From the NCBI GenBank assembly GCA_964529745.1, contig CAZGZR010000003.1, forward strand, positions 1,420 to 65,419: a stretch of 64,000 nt of DNA, written 5' to 3'. Positions 43,586 to 52,577 of the stretch are shown here, piece after piece. The notes below the pieces were generated by a model. It saw nothing but the letters and a program-made list of their open reading frames with translations, ran no database searches and had not been told where the DNA came from. The position numbers and the translations under genes are program-made. The first letter of the stretch is position 1; each line of letters starts with the position of its first letter. The stretch is from an uncultured Candidatus Bathyarchaeia archaeon. Lineage in GTDB: Archaea; Thermoproteota; Bathyarchaeia; TCS64.

Positions 43586-44773
43586 TTGGGTTACATCGAT
43601 AAGCTACGCGACAGCCTATCCCTCCGCGGAAACATCCCGTGGCTAGTCGGGAGTGGGCTCATCGAAGGCACCGTGTGGCAGATGCATGAACTCGTCTGGC
43701 AGCCCTACATAATCAGCCTTGGAGGCAGCATGGCCACCATAGGCGGCATGAGAAGCCTCTGGACCCTCGTCACCAACGGCCTCCAATTCGTCACCGGGGA
43801 ACTATGTGACAGCTGGGGCCGCAAAACTGTCATCACCGGCTACTACCTCGCGAGCATAGCGGGGCTACTCATCACCGTCTACGCCAGGGACTGGAGGTGG
43901 CTCGTACCCGCCATAGTGTTTTACAGCCTGGCGGACAGCCTGGGCGAGCCCAGCTTCTACCCCATATTCGCCGAGTCCGTCGACGCCAACAAGATCGGGT
44001 TATCCATCAGCCTCCTGAGCCTCACATGGTTCCTCCCCGGCCTCTACGGCAAGCTGTTCGCCGGCTACATAGGGGACAACGTGGGGCTGGTCAACGTCCT
44101 CAGAATCGTGCTCGCCGGCGAGGTGGCGGCGACCCTAGTCTTCCTCTTCGGCGTCGAGGAGACCCTGAAGGAGAGGAGGCCCATGGACTGGTCGGCCGTC
44201 AAGAGAAACATCGTCGGTGTCATGAAGCCCAGAGGCGACTTAAGAGACGTCTACCTCCTATCAGTCCTAGACAGGTTCAGCTGGGCCATGAACAGAGGCA
44301 TCCTCGTCGCCATGCTTTACGAGGCCCTCGGCCTCAGCCTGCTCCATATAGGCGTCCTCTTCACAGTCGCCACGGCAACCACCACCCTCGCCCTCATCCC
44401 CATCGGCAACCTAGTAGACCGATACGGGTCCCCCGTCTTCCTGAGGGCGTCCGTGCTCCTATCCATGGCGAGCTTCGCGGGCTACACCCTGTTCAGGTCG
44501 TTCCCCGTGCTCATCGTCCTCCAGGTGTTCAGGGGCTTAGCCATGGGGCTCTGGGACCCCTCATACAACAGCTTCATAGCAAAGGCCGTCCCGGAGGGGG
44601 AGCGGGGAAGCCTCTACGGCAGCATCAACGGCATACGGGGCATCATGGTGTTCCCCGCCCCTCTTATAGGCGCATACCTCTTCGAGATCTTCGGCCTCAA
44701 AGGCACTTTCGCGGCGAGCTTTGTTGTGAGCTTCCTAGCCTTATTAATTGCCTTGAAGCTAGGAAAAAGGTAA
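43586..44773 (+). CDS. MFS transporter
   Basis: Twelve predicted TM helices, MFS loop motifs (D.WGRK); TTG start. Confidence 0.7.
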   Translation: MGYIDKLRDSLSLRGNIPWLVGSGLIEGTVWQMHELVWQPYIISLGGSMATIGGMRSLWTLVTNGLQFVTGELCDSWGRKTVITGYYLASIAGLLITVYARDWRWLVPAIVFYSLADSLGEPSFYPIFAESVDANKIGLSISLLSLTWFLPGLYGKLFAGYIGDNVGLVNVLRIVLAGEVAATLVFLFGVEETLKERRPMDWSAVKRNIVGVMKPRGDLRDVYLLSVLDRFSWAMNRGILVAMLYEALGLSLLHIGVLFTVATATTTLALIPIGNLVDRYGSPVFLRASVLLSMASFAGYTLFRSFPVLIVLQVFRGLAMGLWDPSYNSFIAKAVPEGERGSLYGSINGIRGIMVFPAPLIGAYLFEIFGLKGTFAASFVVSFLALLIALKLGKR

Positions 44774-44888
44774 ACGTAGGAGTCACCATACTGTTACCCA
44801 AACCTCCTTGAAACATACGTCTTAGGCAACTATAGATACAAAAGGAGTCTTCTCATTCTGCCCCTCGGCGCTGTGACCATTTTCCTTG

Positions 44889-44929
44889 TAGGCCTCTACT
44901 GGTTCTGAGAAGAAATACTTAGAGGCCTA
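44889..44929. terminator. perfect 10-bp inverted repeat (taggcctcta / tagaggccta) with a 21-nt loop between convergent genes
   Basis: Sits between the MFS stop (44773) and the M28 copy B stop (44927-44929), overlapping the latter stop. Confidence 0.4.
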
Positions 44930-46384
44930 GATGACCTCCTCCATGCTCCCGGAGAGCCGGTCAAGGTAGACGAGGGCCTCCGGGCGGAGCTCATCCCTCC
45001 TGGCTTCGAGGTACTCCTTGAGCCGGTTGCCCAGCCGGACGGTCTCGTGGATCCCCGCGTCCTCGATGATCCCGTCGATCTCCTCTTGGCTTCTATGCTC
45101 CACGGGCCAGTCGTCTGCGTTGCAGAGGCGCACGGCCGCCACGGCGGCGTTGGCAACGCACTCGCGCATGGCGCGGAGGTTCGCCTTGTCCACGGTGTCG
45201 AACTTGGTGTGCCCGAAGCCCCTGCCCCCTCGTCTCTGCGCCTCCTCGGGGTCCCCCATGGTGGCGGTGGGTATACCCTCCAGGAGGAAGGGCCAGTGGT
45301 CGCTGTATGGGCCGACGCGGCTGTAGAGAGGCAGGTCCACGCCTATGTCGGCTATGATCTCCTTGAAGAACGGGTCTAGCTCCGGCCAGCCGTGGACGCA
45401 GAAGCCCTGGCGGCCGGCGCGGCCCGCGGCGTCGAAGTTGAGCATGAACCTTATCTTGGGCATAAGCTCGGGGTGGTCCCTGACGTAGGCCCTGCTGCCG
45501 TGGAGCCCTATCTCCTCTGCGCCGAACAGGATGAACCTCATGTTCCTCTTGAGTCTGCCCCTCTCCTTCGCCAGGATGCGGGCGATCTCCATGACGACGG
45601 CGGCGCCGGTGGCGTCATCCAGCGCCCCGACGGCTATGTCGTGGCCCTCGTAGTGGGCCCCGTATACGATCCACTCGTCTGTGCCTCCTGCGCCGGGGAG
45701 GTCGGCTACCACGTTCCACGTGTCCACGTCAAGGTTCCTGCACTTGGTCTCCAGCCGCAGCCTCACCCGTCCCTTATCTAGGAGGCGGGCCAGGTACATT
45801 CCGTCCTCGTAGCTGACGCCTATAGCCGGTACTATGGGGCTTATGCCTCCGGTGGGCGGCCCGTAGGCCGGGTAGTGGTTCATGAATATCCATCCGACGG
45901 CGCCGGCCATGACGCTTCTCTGGTACTTCTCGCTGCGATGGAGGTACCGAGTCATGCCCTCTGGGTTGCCGCTGTTAACCATGACTATCTTGCCCTCGAT
46001 CTCGTCACGCATCTCCTCGTACACACCGAGAGGCCCGGGGCCTAGATATACTAGCTCGGCCTCGACTTTTCCCTCACAGCTCATGGGTAACGCGATGCAG
46101 TCTATCTTCTTCCCCTTGGGCTCAAGAACCTCTAGGCTGCTGCCACCGCGTATCCAGCCCGGGATGGTGAACTTCTCCAGATGGACGTCCTCCAAGCCGT
46201 ACCCGTTGAGCTTTTCCGCCATGTACTCGCAGCTCTCCAGATCCTTGCCGCTGCCCGGCCACCTGCTGTCGTACTCGTCGCACAGCTTGGTCACGGTCTC
46301 CAGGGTCCGGGTGCTGCTGTACGCCTCGCCGAGTATCCTCTTATCTAGCTCAAGATAGGGTCCTGACATCGTTATCGAGTACAT
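44927..46384 (-). CDS. M28-family aminopeptidase with PA-like insert (copy B, paralog of 41643..43085)
   Basis: About 55-60% identity to copy A over the catalytic domain (GA.GWIFMNHYPAYGPPTGGISP..PA.G.SYEDG...). Confidence 0.75.
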   Translation of the reverse strand: MYSITMSGPYLELDKRILGEAYSSTRTLETVTKLCDEYDSRWPGSGKDLESCEYMAEKLNGYGLEDVHLEKFTIPGWIRGGSSLEVLEPKGKKIDCIALPMSCEGKVEAELVYLGPGPLGVYEEMRDEIEGKIVMVNSGNPEGMTRYLHRSEKYQRSVMAGAVGWIFMNHYPAYGPPTGGISPIVPAIGVSYEDGMYLARLLDKGRVRLRLETKCRNLDVDTWNVVADLPGAGGTDEWIVYGAHYEGHDIAVGALDDATGAAVVMEIARILAKERGRLKRNMRFILFGAEEIGLHGSRAYVRDHPELMPKIRFMLNFDAAGRAGRQGFCVHGWPELDPFFKEIIADIGVDLPLYSRVGPYSDHWPFLLEGIPTATMGDPEEAQRRGGRGFGHTKFDTVDKANLRAMRECVANAAVAAVRLCNADDWPVEHRSQEEIDGIIEDAGIHETVRLGNRLKEYLEARRDELRPEALVYLDRLSGSMEEVI

Positions 46385-46413
46385 CTGGACGTGGAGAGTA
46401 GAAATGGTTTGGG

Positions 46414-47073
46414 CTAGCCTGCAGGGGAAAACAGGTTAACGGCCATGTACAAGACGTACGGGACAAACGCTATGATGAACGCCCTCCTTCTGCCTATCTG
46501 GTAGTTCTCTTCCACGGCGTACGTGATGTAGATGAGGGCGGCTAACCCGAACACGGTGAACAGGTTTGTGCCTATGACAGCCCTGAGGACGCTGTTCTCG
46601 ATGTCCCTGTTGGCCACGAAGTACCCGGCCAGCTGGCTGGGCGACGATATGAACGAGTCCACGAGCCTAACCAGATAGTTAAGCACATGGGGTGTGGCGG
46701 CGAAGCCATGCATGGCAAAGAACCTCCTCATGTTCCCGCCGCCCCCCGTGAGCGTCGCGATAACGTGCATGAGTAGCGTAGAGGCCGCGAAACCGACCAG
46801 TATGCTGACGGCCACCCCCATGCCGGCGAACATCCCCATGCTGCCGCCTAGCTGGGAGGCGTCCACGCCGGCCTGGCCGAGCTGGGGCACCAACACCTCC
46901 AACGGTATCTTGGACATGTAGGTGGACGCCGACACGGCGGCGAGCACCACCATCAATAACACCATTAGGAGACCCCTCGTTAGGTCTCTCTCAGACACGT
47001 ACCGGAAGGTCTCCTGGGGCCTCCTGAGCACCCCGGCGACCAGTTCAACGAATCCTTTTCTCTCTTCACTCAT
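46414..47073 (-). CDS. Yip1-domain membrane protein
   Basis: Five TM helices after a soluble N-terminus; Yip1-like layout. Confidence 0.55.
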   Translation of the reverse strand: MSEERKGFVELVAGVLRRPQETFRYVSERDLTRGLLMVLLMVVLAAVSASTYMSKIPLEVLVPQLGQAGVDASQLGGSMGMFAGMGVAVSILVGFAASTLLMHVIATLTGGGGNMRRFFAMHGFAATPHVLNYLVRLVDSFISSPSQLAGYFVANRDIENSVLRAVIGTNLFTVFGLAALIYITYAVEENYQIGRRRAFIIAFVPYVLYMAVNLFSPAG

Positions 47074-48259
47074 GTCTCAAAGCCTCCACTGGGTTGAGGT
47101 TTGACGCCCTCCACGCCGGGTAGAGCCCCGACAATATGGACGTCACCCCGGCGAAGCCCACAACGAACATCCCCAAGGTGAGGGATGGCGTCACCGATAA
47201 GTCGATGAAGTTGCCTATCACCGAACCGAGGAGGAAACCGAATGCTGCTCCTATGGCGCCACCCACGACGCCTGTTACCATGGCCTCGCTAAGGAACATG
47301 AACAACACGTCCCCGCTCTTGGCGCCCACCGCCTTCAGGGTCCCTATCTCCCTCGTCCTCTCCATGACTGAAACCGTCATGGTGTTTATAATCCCGACGC
47401 CCGCCACCAGCAGAGATATGCCGGCTATGCCACCGAGCACCGACTGGATGGTGCCCAGCACCGAGCCCACTGTCTCCATGGCGGACTCCGGGGAGACCAC
47501 GGTTACCCTGTCCCCGAGCCTCTCCTCTATTCCGTCCACGGCCGCGTCCACGTCGTCGATGGTAGCGGCTTTGGCTATCACGAAATCGAACTCGCCGCCC
47601 ACCTCGTAGAACTGCTGGGCAGTCTGAAGCGGCATGGCTATACTGTTGTCGAGGTTGAACCCGAAGCTGCTGCCCTGCCCCTCTAGAATACCTATGACTC
47701 TCAGGGTGAGCTCCTTCTCTGCGTCGTTAACGGTGGACTCTATCTTGATCCTGTCCCCCAGGTCGATGAGCCTCTCGTCGACGTCCAAGGGCTTCGCTAT
47801 GTTGGCGCCTATGACAACGACAGCCGAGTCTCCGCGGACAAAGTTCCGGCCCTCCTCGATTACCGTGTTCTTGTTGATCTCGGCGTACTCCTCGGTGACC
47901 CCATAGACGTCCGTGTAGTAGCTCCTTCCCTTGACGGTGAAGCTGCAGTACTTATTGGCAATGATGGGGGTCGCCGCCTCGACCTTGGGGCTCCTCTCGA
48001 TGATATCCAGCTCCCTCCAGTCGAGGGTGTCAGCCACGATCCCTTGACCTTGACGAACCTCGCCAGGGATGACTATAATGTTGGTGGGCCCAAAGACCTC
48101 GAGCTGCCCGGTGACGTTATCTGTGAGTCCCTGGGTGACCGAGACGAGGCCCGTCACCGCTGCGCAGCCTATAAGTATGCCAACTAGGTTGAGAGCGAAA
48201 CGGAACTTGCGCTCCCTAACCCCCTGAGTGGACATGATAATGATGTCAAGGGGGTTCAC
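47066..48259 (-). CDS. ABC transporter permease, FtsX/MacB-like
   Basis: N-terminal TM, large extracytoplasmic domain, C-terminal 3-TM FtsX domain. Confidence 0.75.
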   Translation of the reverse strand: MNPLDIIIMSTQGVRERKFRFALNLVGILIGCAAVTGLVSVTQGLTDNVTGQLEVFGPTNIIVIPGEVRQGQGIVADTLDWRELDIIERSPKVEAATPIIANKYCSFTVKGRSYYTDVYGVTEEYAEINKNTVIEEGRNFVRGDSAVVVIGANIAKPLDVDERLIDLGDRIKIESTVNDAEKELTLRVIGILEGQGSSFGFNLDNSIAMPLQTAQQFYEVGGEFDFVIAKAATIDDVDAAVDGIEERLGDRVTVVSPESAMETVGSVLGTIQSVLGGIAGISLLVAGVGIINTMTVSVMERTREIGTLKAVGAKSGDVLFMFLSEAMVTGVVGGAIGAAFGFLLGSVIGNFIDLSVTPSLTLGMFVVGFAGVTSILSGLYPAWRASNLNPVEALRHE

Positions 48260-48269
48260 ATACTCACTC

Positions 48270-49808
48270 TCACGGGCCCAGCCCTAGGAGCCTGCGTATC
48301 CAGATCCAGAGTCCTGAGGGGGCGGTGTCCTGTCCCGGCTGCGGGGCGTCTCCGCCGACTCTCATAGTTAGCCCCAGTTGCTCCTCGTGCTCCCTATTCA
48401 GATGGTCCCTATACTCAATGCTGAGGCTCAGCTCATGGTCGCCCTCCTCCGCGTCCTCGGCCACCTTGTAGTTAATGTCGAAGGGTATGGGACTGTCTGG
48501 GTCCACGGCGCCGATGTACTCGGTGCTGCCAGCCACACGCTTGAAGACGTCGTCCTCGACTAAGTCTATGCTCACGAACTCAACGCTTTCAGTCCCGATG
48601 AGGAGGAGGTCTGCCTCAAGCTCCTTGGTCTCCCCACGCCTCACAGTCTCGGTGGGAGTGTCTATGAGATCGAAGTCTATGAGCCCCTCAACCATGATCG
48701 TCAGGGTCTCGGTGAGGCTCCCCGATACGCCCCGGGAGGTCATGTACGTCAAGGTCGCCGTGACGGGGTACTGCCCAGCGGCTATGTCGCCCGACGCGAG
48801 GAGCCGGTAATTAGCTACTGCCGTGCCGCCAGCGTTCAAGTCTCCGAGGCTGCTCGTGGTTGGGCTCAGAGGCGATATCGATGTGACCGCCCCGAAGCTC
48901 AGCTTGCTAAGAAGCTCGTAGGCGTCGGCCCCGCTGCACTGAACTTCCAACTGGACGTCGAATTCGTCTCCCGGCCTCACGCGCTCCTGAAGCACCTCCA
49001 TGCGTTTCAGCGTGATGATGGTGGCCTTGGCTGCCGCCGCTGAGTCTACGTTCACAGGCAGGCTAAATGACTGGTAGTACCTATTGTCCTCGACATCGGT
49101 ATAAGATACCGTGGCCGTCAACGTATAGACGCCTAGGGGGGTGCCCTCAAGTATGCTAAGCACAGGCTCCAAGGCAACTGGTTCCCCCTCATTCAACTCT
49201 TCTAGGTTTATGACCTGTCCGTCAATGATCGATATATAACTAGATATGGAGCTAAGCGTGAACTCTAGGTCGTATAGGGTCTCGTCCCAGTTATTAGTGA
49301 AAACGTAGGTCATCTGGTTTTCTGTCCCAGACTTTGCTCTCACGCTCCCCTGCTCAGTTGTACTTTTTATCTTGGGTGTGTAGCTCTGGTCAACGATCAC
49401 GCCGATGGGCACAATGATGGTTGCGGGGGTCGGTATCAACGCCAAGTACTTTATGTAAGACACGGTGAGGGTGAGACTGTAAGCCCCCAGAGCAGTATCC
49501 TGGTTGACATATACCGTCGCCTCATATCTCTTTTTACTACCGTCTCCAATCCTAGTGAACGCCTTTTGGGCGTTCTGGATGACGTTTAGCTCTGGTCTGG
49601 TAGAGGAGAGGATGGCCTGTATGTCGGTGATTTCATAGTCGCCTGTATTCTTCAGCTCGATGGTTATGGTGTTTTCCTGTCCTGCCATAAAGTAGACGCC
49701 TTCAGTCGAAACCTCTAAAACAGCCGCGTTCGCGGCCGAGGCGTGTGGTAACTGGATGGCTAATAGCATAGCCAGTGTCAATACGAATAGTTTCTTTCTG
49801 TTCATCAC
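48270..49808 (-). CDS. secreted CARDB/COG1361-like repeat protein associated with the MacB-like ABC system
   Basis: Signal peptide MMNRKKLFVLTLAMLLAIQLPHASA; repeated beta-sandwich-like segments (..ITIELKNTG.., ..YSLTLTVSY..). Confidence 0.55.
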   Translation of the reverse strand: MMNRKKLFVLTLAMLLAIQLPHASAANAAVLEVSTEGVYFMAGQENTITIELKNTGDYEITDIQAILSSTRPELNVIQNAQKAFTRIGDGSKKRYEATVYVNQDTALGAYSLTLTVSYIKYLALIPTPATIIVPIGVIVDQSYTPKIKSTTEQGSVRAKSGTENQMTYVFTNNWDETLYDLEFTLSSISSYISIIDGQVINLEELNEGEPVALEPVLSILEGTPLGVYTLTATVSYTDVEDNRYYQSFSLPVNVDSAAAAKATIITLKRMEVLQERVRPGDEFDVQLEVQCSGADAYELLSKLSFGAVTSISPLSPTTSSLGDLNAGGTAVANYRLLASGDIAAGQYPVTATLTYMTSRGVSGSLTETLTIMVEGLIDFDLIDTPTETVRRGETKELEADLLLIGTESVEFVSIDLVEDDVFKRVAGSTEYIGAVDPDSPIPFDINYKVAEDAEEGDHELSLSIEYRDHLNREHEEQLGLTMRVGGDAPQPGQDTAPSGLWIWIRRLLGLGP

Positions 49809-50506
49809 ATGATCAGATCCTTGAAGCTTTTGTCACCCACTATGACGCCGTCCCTTAGCTGTATGAGGCGGTCAGTGTTCTGGCCCACCATGGCGTCGTG
49901 GGTGATGAGTATGAAGGTCTTACCCTCCTCCTTGTTGAGCGTCCTGAGCAGATGCATTATCTCGTCCCCAGTCGCGGAGTCCAGGTTGCCGGTGAGCTCG
50001 TCGGCGAGTATAAGGTTCGGCTCGTTGGCGAGGGCCCTGGCGATGGCTACGCGCTGCTGCTCGCCTCCGCTTAGCTGGCTCGGCTTGTGGTCGGCCCTTT
50101 CGTCGAGCCCCACAAGCTCGAGTAGGTGGTGAGCCCTCTTGTGCCGCTCACCTCTCGACATCCCCGCGATGGCCATGGGCAGCTCCACATTGCCGAGGGC
50201 GTCCATCCTTGGGATTAGGTTGAAGAACTGGAATATGAACCCGATCTCCCTGTTCCTGAGTTCCGCCACCTGATTGTCGTTGAGCTTCGAGAGGTCCACG
50301 CCGTTTATGTAGACTTTGCCCGACGTCGGCCTGTCCAGCGCCCCTATCATGTTGAGGAGGGTGCTCTTTCCGCTGCCGCTGGGGCCCATGACGGCCGTGA
50401 ACTCTCCGGGCTCCACGGTTAAGCAGATGCCCTTGAGAACCTCAAGCGGCCTGCCTCCCTGCATGTAGGTCTTCACGAGGTCGACGGTCTCTATCAGATG
50501 CGTCAT
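49805..50506 (-). CDS. ABC transporter ATP-binding protein (MacB/LolD-like)
   Basis: Walker A GPSGSGKST, signature LSGGEQQRVAIARAL, Walker B ILADE. Confidence 0.85.
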   Translation of the reverse strand: MTHLIETVDLVKTYMQGGRPLEVLKGICLTVEPGEFTAVMGPSGSGKSTLLNMIGALDRPTSGKVYINGVDLSKLNDNQVAELRNREIGFIFQFFNLIPRMDALGNVELPMAIAGMSRGERHKRAHHLLELVGLDERADHKPSQLSGGEQQRVAIARALANEPNLILADELTGNLDSATGDEIMHLLRTLNKEEGKTFILITHDAMVGQNTDRLIQLRDGVIVGDKSFKDLIM

Positions 50507-51042
50507 CGTGTGCCCTCCAGCAGCTCATCGACTAGCGCGAGTCTATGCTCCGTCATATCCCGTACCTTATTAAGGAAGCTCTTCTTCACGTCGGCGTCTA
50601 TGTTGCTGTAGAACTGGGTTAGCATCCTCTTGGTCATGTCCTCGTCCTTGTCTACGACGAGGCTCATCAGTCTGAGGGCGCCTTGCTTCATCTCCTCGGA
50701 CATCCACTTGAAGAGGACTGCCAGGTAGTTGACGGTGAAGCCGAGGGAGTCCGCAATGTGGGTCTCCAGCTGGGGGAAGAGGTTTTTCCCCTTCTCCGTT
50801 ATGTGGTAGTACTCGGTTCCGTCTCTCTCCACGGTCTCCACGAAGCCCTTCCTCGCCAGGCTCTTGAGGGCCGGGTAGACTGTGCCTGTCTTGGGCTCCC
50901 ACACGCCTTCGAACTCTTCCTTGAGGGTCTTGAGCATCTCGTAGCCGTACTTGGGGCCGCCGTCGAGCTGTATCATGAGCAGAACCTGGAGTGGGCTCAC
51001 GGGCATCCTGACGGGGGTCCTGCTGCTTATGCTCAACGCCAT
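50503..51042 (-). CDS. PadR-family transcriptional regulator
   Basis: GPKYGYEMLKTL...GTVYPALKSLARKGFV winged-helix PadR signature; first gene of the operon. Confidence 0.75.
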   Translation of the reverse strand: MALSISSRTPVRMPVSPLQVLLMIQLDGGPKYGYEMLKTLKEEFEGVWEPKTGTVYPALKSLARKGFVETVERDGTEYYHITEKGKNLFPQLETHIADSLGFTVNYLAVLFKWMSEEMKQGALRLMSLVVDKDEDMTKRMLTQFYSNIDADVKKSFLNKVRDMTEHRLALVDELLEGTR

Positions 51043-51146
51043 TGGGTTGACCTCTACCTAGTAGGTTTCTTCTATCTTGGAGGTGGTCTCCTTTTTAAGG
51101 GTTACCGCTCGGAGGTTTTAAACGGTTTTTCAGGTTTACTACAGAA

Positions 51147-51156
51147 TCTGATCAGA
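51147..51156. promoter_or_regulatory. perfect palindrome TCTGATCAGA in the padR / ATP-grasp divergent promoter region
   Basis: 10-bp perfect palindrome flanked by cagaatc direct repeats. Confidence 0.3.
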
Positions 51157-51246
51157 ATCTTGGCATCACTGGGGACTCGGACGTGGCGTGCCTGTGTACC
51201 CGACACGAATATAAATGGATGCGTCACCCTCGATGATGGATAACTG

Positions 51247-52116
51247 ATGAGCGTCCTCGTCTTCACCGACAACCCGAGCACCGGCGAGACTCAGTTGGTA
51301 CGCCGAGAGCTTTTAGATAGGGGTATAGACACAGACTACAAGGCGCCGTGGGACATATCGCTGCCGGACTACCGCCCAGAATATGACTTGGTCTATGTGC
51401 CCAGCAACATGCTTCACAGGGGCACCACCTTCGAGCTGCTGCACAGGCTCCTGATACTGAGGAGGCTGGACGAGGCCGCCATTGTGATCAACCCCTTGGA
51501 GAGCATGCTTCACTACTCGAAGGAGCATCTCACGCTGCAGCTCGGCAGGCTTGGGCTGCCTCATCCTGAGACCTTGATCACGGAGAACGTAGAGGAGGCA
51601 TATGGTTTCGCCGAGCGGCTGCTGGGAGAGGATCGGGAGGTGGTCCTTAAGCCTATCTGTCTGGCGAGGGGGGTCGGCGTGATGAAGCTGAGCAGGATAA
51701 GGAGCCGCGCGGACCTCCTCCAGTTCTTGGTCTGGTATACCCGCAGCCACGGCGAGGGTGTGTTCTATCTGCAGGAGTATATACCCAACCAGGGCTACGA
51801 CATTAGGCTCTTCGTCATAGACGGCGAGGTTGTGGGCAGGGAGAAACGGTCGAATCCCGAGGACTTCAGGTACAACGTCGCCGTAGGGGCCTCGGCGGAG
51901 CCGTTCACGGACACCGTTTACGACGAGCTGGCCGTGAAGGTGGCTGCTGCCGTGGGGCTGAAGATCACGGGGCTGGACGTGCTGCCCCGGGACGACGGCG
52001 AGCCCTTCGTGCTTGAGGCCAACTGCTTCCCGGGCTACAAGGCGCTCATGGAGACGACTGGTATACAGATCCACGAGCTCATAGTGGACTACTTCGAAAG
52101 CTTGATCCGGGGCTAG
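51247..52116 (+). CDS. RimK/LysX-family ATP-grasp ligase
   Basis: EVVLKPICLARGVGVMKL, DIRLFVIDGEVVGREKR, GEPFVLEANCFPG motifs of the RimK-type ATP-grasp. Confidence 0.7.
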   Translation: MSVLVFTDNPSTGETQLVRRELLDRGIDTDYKAPWDISLPDYRPEYDLVYVPSNMLHRGTTFELLHRLLILRRLDEAAIVINPLESMLHYSKEHLTLQLGRLGLPHPETLITENVEEAYGFAERLLGEDREVVLKPICLARGVGVMKLSRIRSRADLLQFLVWYTRSHGEGVFYLQEYIPNQGYDIRLFVIDGEVVGREKRSNPEDFRYNVAVGASAEPFTDTVYDELAVKVAAAVGLKITGLDVLPRDDGEPFVLEANCFPGYKALMETTGIQIHELIVDYFESLIRG

Positions 52117-52160
52117 GGATAATCTTAAACACGCCTTTAGCCTGGTTTCTTTGAGGATAC

Positions 52161-52574
52161 ATGCCGTTTTGCACTAATTGTGGGTCCGAGATCGAGGGCC
52201 ATCACAAATTCTGCCCCAGCTGCGGGGCCCCAACCGAGCAGACTCCTGCCTCCGGAGGAGAGGCGACTGCGCCCAAGAAAGGCGTACTCGGAGACATCGA
52301 CAGAGAAGACATCGAGGAGGGTGTCGAGAGAGGAGTAGAAGCCGCCAAGAAGGGGCTCGGAGCAGCGTTCAGGCTCGCCCGAAGGGGCATCAAGCAGGGA
52401 GCCGAGTTAGCCGGTAAAGGGATAGACGCGGCTAAGGAAACCATCGAGGAGCGGAGGCCGGATAGGCAAGACGCTGAGCCGGAGACTCAGGGCCAAAAGG
52501 TCTGCCCCCAGTGCGGCCAGCCCATTACAGGCACAGGCAAGTTCTGCAACCACTGCGGCCACAAACTAGAGTAG
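52161..52574 (+). CDS. double zinc-ribbon protein (N- and C-terminal CxxCG...FCxxCG ribbons, helical middle, C-terminal -KLE)
   Basis: FCTNCGSEIEGHHKFCPSCG and VCPQCGQPITGTGKFCNHCGHKLE*. Confidence 0.5.
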   Translation: MPFCTNCGSEIEGHHKFCPSCGAPTEQTPASGGEATAPKKGVLGDIDREDIEEGVERGVEAAKKGLGAAFRLARRGIKQGAELAGKGIDAAKETIEERRPDRQDAEPETQGQKVCPQCGQPITGTGKFCNHCGHKLE

Positions 52575-52577
52575 CCC

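Noticed and set aside
43586-44773. MFS transporter plus cupin as cargo of a mobile element between the duplicated M28 genes
   Set aside because: There are no terminal inverted repeats, target-site duplications or recombinase genes. The paralogs are diverged (about 55-60% identity), which points to an old duplication rather than recent mobility.
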